DNA of 64,000 nucleotides from Alphaproteobacteria bacterium GM7ARS4 (GTDB taxonomy: Bacteria > Pseudomonadota > Alphaproteobacteria > GM7ARS4). Within the stretch, counting starts at the first letter, position 1; each line of letters begins with the position of its first letter. The position numbers and the translations under genes were made by a program. The DNA lies in contig JACONL010000002.1 in assembly GCA_014332745.1 (NCBI GenBank), positions 82,919 through 146,918 on the forward strand, read 5' to 3'. The notes beneath the pieces were generated by a model, which was not told the DNA's origin, searched no databases, and was given only the letters and a program-made list of their open reading frames with translations. Positions 46,298 through 56,333 of this stretch are shown here, in pieces.

Positions 46298-48712
46298 CTA
46301 GTGCGTCACGACGCCCTTTGTCTCTTCTTTCGGGAGAGTGGGGAGTGACGAGTGGGTGCTGAGGTTTTCGGAGGCGAGAGGCTTCAGGGGTTTCATCAGG
46401 GCGTGAGAGAAGATGTCATCGGCATGGTGGATGGGGACGATGTCGATAGTCTCTTTGACGGCCTCTGGTATATCGGCAAGGTCTTTCACATTATCGTGCG
46501 GGATAAGAATTTTCTTCATATGATGTCGTGCGGCGGCGAGCATTTTTTCCTTGAGGCCGCCAATGGTGAGGATGCGTCCGCTGAGGGTGATTTCACCTGT
46601 CATGGCGACATGGCGGTTGACGGGGATGTCTGTCAGGGTGGAGACAATGGAGAGGACGATACCGATGCCAGCGGATGGTCCATCTTTTGGGATAGCGCCT
46701 TCTGGAAAGTGGACATGGATATCATATTTTTCGAAGCATTCTGGCGCTATGCCTAAGGCGGGCGCTCGAGAGCGGACGAAACTCATGGCTGCTTGGACGG
46801 ACTCTTGCATGACATCACTGAGTTTGCCAGTATAAAGGGCTTTTCCTTTGCCGGGCATGGAGACGGATTCGATGGTAAGAATATCACCGCCACTTTCTGT
46901 CCATGCCAGTCCTGAGACGATGCCCACAAGGTTATGGGGGTCGGGTTCGTTACGTTGATAATAGGGGACGCCGAGATAGTCTTGGAGATGTTCTTTGTCG
47001 AACATCTCAGGCGTCTCTTGTTTGGTGGCGAGTCGATAGATGGTTTTCCGCATGAGTTTTGCGAGTTCGCGTTCCAAGTTGCGCACGCCGGCCTCGCGTG
47101 TATAGGCCTGTATCATGTGGCTCATGGCGTCTTGGGATATGGTCCACTCATTCTCTTTAAGCCCGTGCCGTTTTTGTAATTTAGGGATAAGGTGGCGTCT
47201 TGCGATTTCTTTTTTCTCTTCTTCTGTGTAGCCTTCTATGCGAATGATTTCCAGTCGGTCCAAGAGAGGCTTTTGCATGGTCAACCGATTGCTCGTTGTG
47301 ATGAACATGACTTTTGACAGGTCGTAATCGACTTCGAGATAATGGTCGTTAAAGTGCGTATTTTGTTCTGGGTCGAGGACTTCTAGGAGCGCTGACGAGG
47401 GGTCGCCTCGCCAATCGACACCCAATTTATCGATTTCATCAAGCAAAAAGAGCGGGTTTGATGTCTTCGATTTTTTCATGCCTTGGATGATACGGCCGGG
47501 CATAGAGCCTATGTAGGTGCGCCTATGGCCGCGTATTTCTGATTCGTCATGGACTCCGCCGAGGGAGACGCGTATGAATTCCCGTCCTGTAGCGCGCGCG
47601 ATCGACTGGCCAAGGGACGTTTTTCCCACGCCAGGTGGTCCCACGAGGCACAAGATGGGTCCAGAGACGCGTTTCGTTCTTTGTTGTACGGCGAGATGTT
47701 CCAATATGCGTTCTTTGACTTTGTGTAATCCATAATGGTCTTCATCGAGGATTGTCTTAGCATGTTGGAGGTCTTTATTCTGCGAGGAGTATTTCTTCCA
47801 TGGGATATCGAGGAGCCAGTCGAGGTAGTTGCGAATGACGTTGGCTTCTGCCGACATCATGCTCATGGAGCGTAATTTTTTGAGGTCATTGAGGGCTTTT
47901 TCTCGTGCTTCAGCCGAGAGTTTTGTTTTTTCGATTTTTTGGTGAAGGTCTTTGATGTCGCCTCCCCCGTCTTCGCTGTCGTTGAGTTCTTGCTGTATGG
48001 CTTTCATCTGCTCATTGAGGTAGTAGTCGCGTTGGCTTTTATCCATTTGTTTTTTGACGCGTTTTTGGATGCGCTGTTCCACCTTGAGGAGATTGATTTC
48101 ATGGTGAATTTTCTCTGAGAGAGATTCAAGGCGTTGCGGGACGGATGTTTGAGCGAGCAAGGCTTGTTTTTCTTGGATACGTAGGGGGATGTGTGCGGCG
48201 ATGGTGTCAGCGCGTTGGGCTGGATCTTCGATTTTGCTGAGGGATGTGAGCATCTCGCTGGAGATTTTTCCGCTTGTCTGTGCATATTCTTGGAAGAGGG
48301 TTGTCACGGTTCTCACCATCGCCGTCATGTCATTGTCTTGGGCGGGTGGGCATTCTTGGGCGAGTGGCTGAGCGTGGACTTCGAAGAAATCTTTATTATC
48401 GGTGTAAGAGACAATGGTGACGCGTGAAAGTCCTTCCACGAGGATTTTCACGGTGCCATCTGGCAATTCGAGGCACTGCATGATTTTACCAAAGACGCCA
48501 ATATCGTAGATGTCGTCTGGTGAGGGATTATTATCGTTGACATCTTTTTGTGTGGCAAGAATGAGCCCGGCCTTATTTTTGCGTTCCTCACTGATACAGC
48601 GTATGGACTTTTTGCGCCCCACGAAGAGAGGGACGATCATATGGGGAAAGATGACGATGTCCCTCAGGGCGAGGAGGGGGTAAGGCTTTTTAGCGAGCAT
48701 TGTGTTTGCCAT
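46298..48712 (-). CDS. lon: ATP-dependent protease Lon
   Basis: 804 aa with a Lon N-domain, AAA+ Walker A (GPPGVGKTSLGQSIA) and a protease domain with the catalytic Ser motif (PKDGPSAGIGIV). Confidence 0.95.
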   Translation of the reverse strand: MANTMLAKKPYPLLALRDIVIFPHMIVPLFVGRKKSIRCISEERKNKAGLILATQKDVNDNNPSPDDIYDIGVFGKIMQCLELPDGTVKILVEGLSRVTIVSYTDNKDFFEVHAQPLAQECPPAQDNDMTAMVRTVTTLFQEYAQTSGKISSEMLTSLSKIEDPAQRADTIAAHIPLRIQEKQALLAQTSVPQRLESLSEKIHHEINLLKVEQRIQKRVKKQMDKSQRDYYLNEQMKAIQQELNDSEDGGGDIKDLHQKIEKTKLSAEAREKALNDLKKLRSMSMMSAEANVIRNYLDWLLDIPWKKYSSQNKDLQHAKTILDEDHYGLHKVKERILEHLAVQQRTKRVSGPILCLVGPPGVGKTSLGQSIARATGREFIRVSLGGVHDESEIRGHRRTYIGSMPGRIIQGMKKSKTSNPLFLLDEIDKLGVDWRGDPSSALLEVLDPEQNTHFNDHYLEVDYDLSKVMFITTSNRLTMQKPLLDRLEIIRIEGYTEEEKKEIARRHLIPKLQKRHGLKENEWTISQDAMSHMIQAYTREAGVRNLERELAKLMRKTIYRLATKQETPEMFDKEHLQDYLGVPYYQRNEPDPHNLVGIVSGLAWTESGGDILTIESVSMPGKGKALYTGKLSDVMQESVQAAMSFVRSRAPALGIAPECFEKYDIHVHFPEGAIPKDGPSAGIGIVLSIVSTLTDIPVNRHVAMTGEITLSGRILTIGGLKEKMLAAARHHMKKILIPHDNVKDLADIPEAVKETIDIVPIHHADDIFSHALMKPLKPLASENLSTHSSLPTLPKEETKGVVTH

Positions 48713-48744
48713 GGGCGTAAGATCTGTTGATGGGTGACGGCGTC

Positions 48745-50004
48745 CTATTGCTTTGCTCGACTTTTTTCGGCATAGATACAGAGAGGCTTTGTTTTCTCGT
48801 CGGCGACTTCTTTATTGATGACAACTTCGACGATACCGTCGTTGCTTGGGACGTCGAACATGGTATCGAGGAGGATATTTTCCATGATAGAGCGTAAGCC
48901 GCGAGCGCCTGTTTTGCGTTTTTTTGCGCGTTGGGCGATAATTTGGAGGGCTTCGTCCGTAAAGGTGAGTTTCACGTTATCCATGTGCAGGAGCGCCTGA
49001 TATTGTTTGACGAGGGCATTGCGTGGTTTTGTGAGGACATTGATGAGGGCTTTTTCGTCCAGTTCATGCATGGTGGCGAGGACGGGAAGGCGTCCGATAA
49101 ATTCGGGGATGAGCCCAAATTTGAGGAGGTCTTCAGGTTCGATATGTTGCAAGATTGTTTGTGCGTGCTGTTGGGAATGTTCGTGCATATCGGTGCCAAA
49201 GCCGATGGCGGTGCCTTTGGTGCGTTCGGTGATGATGCGTTCTAAGCCAGAGAAGGCGCCCCCACAGATGAAGAGGATATTGGATGTATCGACTTGTAAG
49301 CATTCCTGCTGGGGGTGTTTGCGTCCGCCTTGGGGGGGAACGGAGGCGATAGAGCCTTCCATAATTTTGAGGAGTGCTTGTTGTACGCCTTCACCGGACA
49401 CGTCGCGTGTGATCGAGAGGTTATCGGCTTTACGGCTGATTTTGTCGACTTCGTCAATATAGACGATACCTTTTTGGGCCTGTTGCACATCGTGGTCTGC
49501 CGCTTGCAGGAGTTTCAGGATGATATTTTCCACGTCTTCCCCTACATAGCCTGCCTCTGTCAGCGTTGTCGCGTCCGCCATTGTGAAGGGGACATTGATC
49601 ACCCGTGCGAGGGTCTCAGCAATAAGGGTCTTGCCACATCCTGTGGGCCCTATGAGCAGGATGTTGGATTTAGCGATCTCGACATCACTATTTTTCTGTC
49701 CTTTATCGAGGCGTTTATAGTGGTTATGGACGGCAACAGAGAGTGTGCGCTTCGCCACATCTTGTCCAATAACGTAATCATCGAGGATGTGGTAAATATC
49801 TTTAGGCGTGGGGACCTCGCTGGTATAGCCATTCCCTTGTTTTGTGGCATTTTCTTCGTGGATAATATCCATGCAGAGTTCGATACATTCATCACATATG
49901 AAGACGGTCGGTCCTGCGATAAGCTTACGCACTTCGTGCTGGCTTTTACCGCAAAACGAGCAATAGAGGATATTTTTGGAATCTTGAGAGGAGTCTTTAG
50001 ACAT
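48745..50004 (-). CDS. clpX: ATP-dependent Clp protease ATPase subunit ClpX
   Basis: N-terminal zinc-binding C4 motif (CSFCGKS...CDECIELC) and Walker [16 protein letters not shown]. clpP is not immediately upstream. Confidence 0.95.
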   Translation of the reverse strand: MSKDSSQDSKNILYCSFCGKSQHEVRKLIAGPTVFICDECIELCMDIIHEENATKQGNGYTSEVPTPKDIYHILDDYVIGQDVAKRTLSVAVHNHYKRLDKGQKNSDVEIAKSNILLIGPTGCGKTLIAETLARVINVPFTMADATTLTEAGYVGEDVENIILKLLQAADHDVQQAQKGIVYIDEVDKISRKADNLSITRDVSGEGVQQALLKIMEGSIASVPPQGGRKHPQQECLQVDTSNILFICGGAFSGLERIITERTKGTAIGFGTDMHEHSQQHAQTILQHIEPEDLLKFGLIPEFIGRLPVLATMHELDEKALINVLTKPRNALVKQYQALLHMDNVKLTFTDEALQIIAQRAKKRKTGARGLRSIMENILLDTMFDVPSNDGIVEVVINKEVADEKTKPLCIYAEKSRAKQ

Positions 50005-50049
50005 GAATGGCGCGCGCTCTATTGAATGACATTTCTTTATACACCCTCA

Positions 50050-51600
50050 CTATACCTTATGTAACACTTTGCGTCTATAATTCAAGGCGTGGGCAATATG
50101 GTATTTATTGATGGGGGCGTTCATATCTTGCGTGTCCATATCGCACAATGTGCGTGCCAATCGTAAGACTTTGTGGTAGGAGCGGGCGGATAGTTTTAAG
50201 GTGTCTATGGCATCAGCAAGGATATGTGACTCTTTGTGTCCCAGTGGGGCAATTTCTTCGAGAATTTTTCCGTCCGCTTGGGCGTTAAGATAGAGCGTGT
50301 TTAGGTTCATGGTGCGGAATCGTTCCTGCTGTAGCTGGCGTGTTTGTGCGACTCGTTTGGCGATGGTGGTCGAGTTTGTTTGCTGTGAGGGTGTGGGCTG
50401 TATGAGTTCTCTGGCATTCAGTTCGGGGACGTCCACATAGAGGTCGATACGGTCATAGAGGGGTCCTGATATGCGGTTTTGATAGGCGCGTATTTTTGTT
50501 TTTGTGCATGAGCACTCTACTTTTTCTGAGCCGTGATAACCGCATGGGCATGGGTTCATGGCGGCGATGAGTTGGAATTGGGCGGGATAATGGCAGTGTG
50601 CTTTTGCCCGTGCGACGAGGACGAAGCCGCTTTCTATGGGTTGTCGTAGTGCTTCGAGGGTGGAGCGTGAGAATTCTGGCAATTCATCGAGGAAGAGGAC
50701 TCCTCGGTGGCAGAGGCTCACTTCGCCGGGGCGTGCGAGTTTATCGCCGCCGATGAGGGAGGGGAGCGATGCTGAGTGATGTGGTGCGCGATAAGGTCGT
50801 TGAGTGACGATAGACTCTTTAGGCATGGTGCCAGCGAGGGAGTGAATCATGCTCACTTCGAGGGCTTCTTGGGATGACAGGGGTGGGAGAATGGTATGCA
50901 GGCGTGACGCCAGCATAGATTTTCCCGCCCCGGGCGAGCCTACCATGAGCATGTGATGTCCTCCTGATGCGGCGATTTCTATGGCGTATTTTGCGTCTTC
51001 TTGTCCTTTGATGTCGACAAAGTCTGGCAGAGGGTGGGTGTCTTTTTGCTCACAGCTGTTGATGGGGAGTTGGGGTGGTGCGATGGTTTGCGTGCCGCGC
51101 CAGTGATTGACGAGGGCGATAAGGCTATCAGGGGCAAGAATATCCACATGGTCGCCAGCAAAGCGCGCTTCTTGTCCGCATGCATGGGGGCATATGACGC
51201 CGTAATCATGGTGGGATGCGAAGAGGGAAGCAGGCAGGACACCGGGGACGGAGGTGATATGGGCGTCAAGGGATAGTTCGCCCAAGGCAATAGCGCCATC
51301 GCCATCGGATTGGGGCAGAATCTTCATCTCAAAGAGGAGGGCGAGGGCGATAGGCAGGTCATAGTGGCTTCCTGTCTTTCGAAGGTCAGCGGGGGCAAGG
51401 TTGACGATGATACGTTTTGACGGCAAGGCGATGCCTATGGATTGTAATGCTGAGCGGACTCGTTCTCGGGATTCGTCTACGCCTTTATCAGGCAGGCCAA
51501 CGATTTGGAAGGATGGCATGCCTGCGCCCATATGGGCTTGGACATCAACTTTATGGGTATTTAGGCCAAGAAAGGCGACGGTGGTGGCGCGTGCGACCAT
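50050..51600 (-). CDS. YifB/ComM-family Mg-chelatase-like AAA+ ATPase
   Basis: 516 aa with a Lon-like N-terminal domain and AAA+ motif (MLMVGSPGAGKSMLASRL), colinear with YifB/ComM. Confidence 0.85.
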   Translation of the reverse strand: MVARATTVAFLGLNTHKVDVQAHMGAGMPSFQIVGLPDKGVDESRERVRSALQSIGIALPSKRIIVNLAPADLRKTGSHYDLPIALALLFEMKILPQSDGDGAIALGELSLDAHITSVPGVLPASLFASHHDYGVICPHACGQEARFAGDHVDILAPDSLIALVNHWRGTQTIAPPQLPINSCEQKDTHPLPDFVDIKGQEDAKYAIEIAASGGHHMLMVGSPGAGKSMLASRLHTILPPLSSQEALEVSMIHSLAGTMPKESIVTQRPYRAPHHSASLPSLIGGDKLARPGEVSLCHRGVLFLDELPEFSRSTLEALRQPIESGFVLVARAKAHCHYPAQFQLIAAMNPCPCGYHGSEKVECSCTKTKIRAYQNRISGPLYDRIDLYVDVPELNARELIQPTPSQQTNSTTIAKRVAQTRQLQQERFRTMNLNTLYLNAQADGKILEEIAPLGHKESHILADAIDTLKLSARSYHKVLRLARTLCDMDTQDMNAPINKYHIAHALNYRRKVLHKV

Positions 51601-51604
51601 GGGT

Positions 51605-52543
51605 TTAGGCTCTTTTCATGGTATGGGCGAGGTGATCCCAGAAAATATCACAAGGGTCATCGCCACTGATAGCCTGATATTCACGTAATCCTGTGGGTGA
51701 TGTGATATTGACTTCTGTCAAGGCATGGGCAATGACGTCGATGCCAGCGAAGAAGATACGTTTTTCTTGCAAGAAAGGTTTGAGGTCTTGGCATAGTCTT
51801 TTTTCTTGTGGTGTGATGTCACAGGCCTGTGCTGTTCCTCCACATCGTAGATTGGCGCGCATGTCGTGTTGTGCGGGCATGCGCGTGAAGGCGCCGATGC
51901 ATGTTCCATTGATGAGAAGCAAGCGTTTATCGCCATGGGTGCGTACGGAGTCGAGATAGCGTTGGGCGATGAGGGGTGTGCCATAGCGTGAGAGCAATGT
52001 CTCGATGAGGGAGTCATAGTTGGGGTCATCGGGATGGATGAGGAAGATTCCTTCTCCTGCTTTGCCGAAGGGGATTTTGATGATGACCGAGCCATGTTTT
52101 TTCCTAAAGGCTTTGAGGTCGGGACTATGCTGGCTGATGATACTGGGTGGTGCATGTTGAGGGAAAAGGAAGGGGATATATTTCTCGGGATAGGAGCGCA
52201 CTGATGTTGGGTCGTTGATAACGCGGGTATGGCTTGTTTTTTGTAGATAGTCGAGCAGATAGGTGGCGGTGATATAGGCCATATCGAAGGGGGGGTCTTG
52301 GCGCATGAGCACGACATCCATCCTATCGAGCTCTGTCTGTTGTCCTTCTTCTTGTTGCCATGTGCCATCAACGGGGACGAGCGGTGAGAGCCATGCCGTC
52401 ACTTTTTCTTGTAAGGTAAGGCTTTGTGGCTGATAGCAGAAGATGTCGTATTTTCTTCTGTGGGCTGATGTGGCGAGGGCGAGGCTACTATCTTTATGCT
52501 GATGGAGATGGTGGAGGGGGTCTATTTGAAAGGCGACACGCAT
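51605..52543 (-). CDS. gshB: Glutathione synthetase (ATP-grasp), GshB
   Basis: 312 aa with a GshB-like N-terminal domain (AFQIDPLHHLHQHKDSSLALATSAHRR) and a C-terminal ATP-grasp. Confidence 0.8.
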   Translation of the reverse strand: MRVAFQIDPLHHLHQHKDSSLALATSAHRRKYDIFCYQPQSLTLQEKVTAWLSPLVPVDGTWQQEEGQQTELDRMDVVLMRQDPPFDMAYITATYLLDYLQKTSHTRVINDPTSVRSYPEKYIPFLFPQHAPPSIISQHSPDLKAFRKKHGSVIIKIPFGKAGEGIFLIHPDDPNYDSLIETLLSRYGTPLIAQRYLDSVRTHGDKRLLLINGTCIGAFTRMPAQHDMRANLRCGGTAQACDITPQEKRLCQDLKPFLQEKRIFFAGIDVIAHALTEVNITSPTGLREYQAISGDDPCDIFWDHLAHTMKRA

Positions 52544-52576
52544 GGGAACACAGAGGTAGCGAGAGGTGGAACAATC

Positions 52577-52975
52577 CTATAAAGAATGGGAGCGGCGTTG
52601 GAATGACGTCATGGTCTCTTGCCAGACATGGGGGATATGGTGGAGGCGGAAGGGTGCTTTGAGAATCATGACATCGAAACGATGTGGTATGGAGCGAAGG
52701 TGGGGGAATCGTAGCAAAAAAGCGCGGCTTGCTGCAAGGATACGATATTTTTGTCGGTGTGTGATGATGTCGAGGTCTTGGTTTTGTGTGCGGCGCGTTT
52801 TCACTTCGACAAAGATGAGGGTGTGATGGTGGATGGCGACAATATCCAGTTCCCCTTGTGGACATCGCCAATTACGGGCGAGGATACGGTATCCTTTGAC
52901 GCGCAAGACCAGACGACAGATACGTTCACCATAGAGTCCGAGTACATGGGTGGGAAGGGAAGCAAAAGAAATCAT
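52577..52975 (-). CDS. yraN: YraN-family (UPF0102) endonuclease-like protein
   Basis: GYRILARNWRCPQGELDIVAI...IFVEVKTR matches the YraN PD-(D/E)xK core. The start at MISFASL is preferred over the longer track ORF. Confidence 0.7.
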   Translation of the reverse strand: MISFASLPTHVLGLYGERICRLVLRVKGYRILARNWRCPQGELDIVAIHHHTLIFVEVKTRRTQNQDLDIITHRQKYRILAASRAFLLRFPHLRSIPHRFDVMILKAPFRLHHIPHVWQETMTSFQRRSHSL

Positions 52976-53063
52976 GCACACACGATAAGAATTTTCTATA
53001 AGAGATGGTAGGCACGGGCAAGGCGCATACGTTGGGACTGCCGACAGCAAGGGGCGTCTCTGT

Positions 53064-54476
53064 GTGCGCGCCGATGAGGAGAAGACCATGAGACGAGACA
53101 GAGGATGTGAGACGATGATGGCATGGCGGGGGAGGGGTCTATCTTTTTTATGGGGCTGTGCGGTCTGTGTGGGGGTGCTCTTGTCTGTGGGCTATGGAGC
53201 GTTGGCGTACGGGGAGGAGGATGATTTTTCCTTTACGGAATTTTTTGGTTTAGGCGATGACGAGGCGACAGATGAGGACATTGATGGCGATATTGTGGAG
53301 GGGGTTGATCTATCGGGTAAGAGGAAGATAGGGCTTTTCGTCCCTCTTTCGGGGAAGAATGCGGCATTGGGGCGTGTTTTGTTCGACACGGCGCAGATGG
53401 CGCTTTTTGATTTTGCTGGTGGGGATATTGATATTGCCGTCTATGATAGTTTTGATGGTGATGAGGATAAAGTGCAACGTTCTTTTGAACAAGCACAAAA
53501 GGATGGCGTTGAGGTGATCGCTGGTCCTCTGTTTGCTCACTCTGTGGAGGCATTGGCGAGCTTGGCGAGGGCGGAGCGTATTCCTCTTTTAGCCTTTTCT
53601 TCTGATGCCAGCAAAGCCGATAAGGGCGTCTATATCATGGGCTATCGGGTGGAGGAAGAGATTAACACCATTGTTGCCTATGTGCGTGGGCGTGGTTTTT
53701 TGCGTTTTGCTCTCTTGGCGGAGGATACGCCTTATGGCCATTTGATTGACGAGACATTGGATGTGGCGACAGACATTTATGATGCCAACTACACGCGTAA
53801 AACGCTTTTCAGTGGGGATATTAAGGATATAGGTCCTTTGGTTGAGGTTTTTTCCGACTATGTGGGGCGTGAGAATTTTATCCAGAAGCAATTGGACGCC
53901 TTTGGGTTGGACGAAGAGAATGACGCCCATCAGGGTCTTATTAACGAGGTGAGGGACATGGCGACGTTGCCTTTTGATGCTGTTCTTGTGCCTCTTCACG
54001 GGCAGGAGCTTGTCAGTGCCATTGCGTTTTTAGCCTTTTATGATGTGACGAATACGCGGGTGCGTTTTCTTGGCACATCCTTATGGGAAAACAGGGCATT
54101 TTTGAACGAGCCACTCTTGCGAGGGTCGCTTTTTGTGGCGACAGATATCGAAAAGAGACAGAAATTCACGGAACAATTTACCGCCGCCTTTAAGCGCGAG
54201 CCACCAAAGGTCGCCAGCATTGTCTATGACACTGTCGCCATGATTGTGGGGTTAATGCAACGCCATGGCAGGGTTGAGGACGAGCATCTCATCATCGAGG
54301 AGGGTTTTGATGGTGTCAACGGGCTGTTTCGCTTGCGCGCTGACGGCACTGTGGAGCGCGCCTACCATGTCTATGGCATGGCATCATCTGGTTTTACGTT
54401 AATTCATAAGGGCATTGAGACATTTCAGCCTGAGGGTCCTGATGACGAGGACTCGTCTCTGCTAGGAGGTCTATGA
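53064..54476 (+). CDS. LpoA/LppC-like periplasmic protein (penicillin-binding protein activator family), start uncertain
   Basis: Signal peptide (LSFLWGCAVCVGVLLSVGYGALA) then a periplasmic-binding-protein-like domain (KIGLFVPLSGKNAALGRVLFDTAQMALFD). Divergent from yraN, echoing the enteric lpoA-yraN neighbourhood. The start is probably at about 53115. Confidence 0.55.
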   Translation: MRADEEKTMRRDRGCETMMAWRGRGLSFLWGCAVCVGVLLSVGYGALAYGEEDDFSFTEFFGLGDDEATDEDIDGDIVEGVDLSGKRKIGLFVPLSGKNAALGRVLFDTAQMALFDFAGGDIDIAVYDSFDGDEDKVQRSFEQAQKDGVEVIAGPLFAHSVEALASLARAERIPLLAFSSDASKADKGVYIMGYRVEEEINTIVAYVRGRGFLRFALLAEDTPYGHLIDETLDVATDIYDANYTRKTLFSGDIKDIGPLVEVFSDYVGRENFIQKQLDAFGLDEENDAHQGLINEVRDMATLPFDAVLVPLHGQELVSAIAFLAFYDVTNTRVRFLGTSLWENRAFLNEPLLRGSLFVATDIEKRQKFTEQFTAAFKREPPKVASIVYDTVAMIVGLMQRHGRVEDEHLIIEEGFDGVNGLFRLRADGTVERAYHVYGMASSGFTLIHKGIETFQPEGPDDEDSSLLGGL

Positions 54477-55686
54477 TAAGGGCGTCTTGAAGCAAGAAGC
54501 CCTTTTTGCTGAGGCGCATATGGTATGCGGGGGCGTTTCCCATCCCTTGTGTTTTCGTCATGTGGAGGAAGCCTTGTCGTTGTTGCGCCTCGACGACGTC
54601 GGGACGGATAAGGCGATATATGGGCATGTTGAGGGCGCGTGTCAGTGGTGTGAGCGCTATGCCTTTCGTCAGACGCAACCCCATCGAGAGATATTCTATG
54701 GCATATTGGCGGGCGGTAAGCGCGTAAACTGTCGAGCGTCCATGCCCTTTGTCGTGACATGCGCGTTGCCAATGGCGAGGATGTTTATGATTTTCTAAGG
54801 CGTAACGTATGGTCTTGTCTTGGGACGATATGGTGAGTCGGCTATGGGCGCCGGGCCCTATACCGATATAGTCGTGGCTCTGCCAATAGCCTTTATTATG
54901 GTGGCATTGCGTTGTCCTATGGGTGCTGTAGTTAGAGATTTCATAGCGATAGAAGCCATGGGCTTTGAGCGTGTCTTCTGTGCATGCATCGATACGTCGT
55001 TGCATGGCCATCGAGGGGGGAGACCATAATTTTTTTTGGAGCGCTTTATGGAAGGGTGTTTTTTCCTCGATGGTGAGTTGGTAGACGGACAGGTGGTGCC
55101 ATGGCAAGGAGGCGATGGCGGAGAGTTCTTTGTGCCATGTGCGGGGCGTATCACAGGGAAGGCAACTGATAAGGTCGCAACTTGCCGTCCCCTGATGGCG
55201 AAGGATGGCGTCGAGGCTATGGTGAATATCGTCAATGGTGTGGGTGCGTCCAAGGAATGCCAGTCTTTTTTTGTCATAGGCTTGTCCGCCTAAGGAGATA
55301 CGTTGCGCCCCAGCTGCCATGTAATGTCGTATGCGTCTATGGTCTTGGGGATTTGCCTCTAGGCTGATTTCTATGTGTGGCGAGCATTGCCATAGTTGGT
55401 GACATGTAGCGATTATGGACGAGACGATATGATATGGCATGATGGAGGGTGTTCCGCCACCAAAGAAGATGCTTTCTAGCCTCTTGTGTTTTGTGCTTTG
55501 GGCGTAGCATGTGAGTTCTTGTATGAACGCATGGAGGATAGCCTCCTCATCAAGGGAATGCGGATGGGGGGCGAGATGGACGTTAAAATCACAATAGGGA
55601 CATTTTTTCTCACAGAAGGGCCAGTGGACGTAAATGCTGAGGGGTGCGTTCTCAGTCTTTTGCCTTGTGCCATCTCTGGGGGGCAT
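54394..55686 (-). CDS. hemW: Radical-SAM heme chaperone HemW (HemN-like, oxygen-independent coproporphyrinogen-III oxidase family)
   Basis: LSIYVHWPFCEKKCPYCDFN radical-SAM CxxxCxxC motif. The start at MPPRDG (55686) is chosen because it abuts the rdgB stop; the track ORF extends to 55881. Confidence 0.8.
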   Translation of the reverse strand: MPPRDGTRQKTENAPLSIYVHWPFCEKKCPYCDFNVHLAPHPHSLDEEAILHAFIQELTCYAQSTKHKRLESIFFGGGTPSIMPYHIVSSIIATCHQLWQCSPHIEISLEANPQDHRRIRHYMAAGAQRISLGGQAYDKKRLAFLGRTHTIDDIHHSLDAILRHQGTASCDLISCLPCDTPRTWHKELSAIASLPWHHLSVYQLTIEEKTPFHKALQKKLWSPPSMAMQRRIDACTEDTLKAHGFYRYEISNYSTHRTTQCHHNKGYWQSHDYIGIGPGAHSRLTISSQDKTIRYALENHKHPRHWQRACHDKGHGRSTVYALTARQYAIEYLSMGLRLTKGIALTPLTRALNMPIYRLIRPDVVEAQQRQGFLHMTKTQGMGNAPAYHMRLSKKGFLLQDALIIDLLAETSPRHQDPQAEMSQCPYELT

Positions 55687-55696
55687 GGGTGGGGCA

Positions 55697-56293
55697 TCAC
55701 GAGAAGACGGCATCATGCCAGAGCCGTAAGGCGCGTTGTCGGTGGGATAAAGGTTGCTTTTCTGCCACCTCCATTTCGGCAAATGTTTTATGACTGCCTT
55801 GAGGGATAAACATGGGGTCATACCCAAACCCTTTTTTTCCCTTTGGTGGCCAGCAGAGCGTTCCTTCGATGGTGGCAACAAAAAATTGTGTTTTTTGTTG
55901 CTGTGGCGTCACCCAAGCAAGGGCGCAAACGAATCGCGCCTTTCGATTTTTGCTGTCGCCCATGTCTTTATGGAGTTTTTGCATGGCGTAGGCGAAGTCT
56001 CTTTTTTGTGTGCTGGGATGGAGAGCATAGCGCGCTGAGTAGATGCCGGGACGACCCTGTAGGCATGCGACTTCGAGTCCCGAGTCATCGGCAAGGCACG
56101 GCATGGCGCAAGCGCTGAAGGCATGCTGTGCTTTCAGGGCGGCATTGCCTTCGAAGCTTGAGGCGTTTTCTTCGGGTTCAGGGATGTCTAAATCTTTGAG
56201 GGAAAGAACATCGATCCTCTGGGACATCAAAAATTGACGTATTTCGATAACTTTTCCTATATTATGGCTAGCGATGACGATATTTTTTATCAT
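55697..56293 (-). CDS. rdgB: Non-canonical purine NTP pyrophosphatase RdgB/HAM1
   Basis: The N-terminal motif IVIASHNIGKVIEIRQ and a later FGYDPMF motif are typical of RdgB. Sits upstream of hemW. Confidence 0.85.
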   Translation of the reverse strand: MIKNIVIASHNIGKVIEIRQFLMSQRIDVLSLKDLDIPEPEENASSFEGNAALKAQHAFSACAMPCLADDSGLEVACLQGRPGIYSARYALHPSTQKRDFAYAMQKLHKDMGDSKNRKARFVCALAWVTPQQQKTQFFVATIEGTLCWPPKGKKGFGYDPMFIPQGSHKTFAEMEVAEKQPLSHRQRALRLWHDAVFS

Positions 56294-56333
56294 GGTGTTA
56301 GCGCAGGAGAGAGGCTCGTAAAGGGGAACTATC

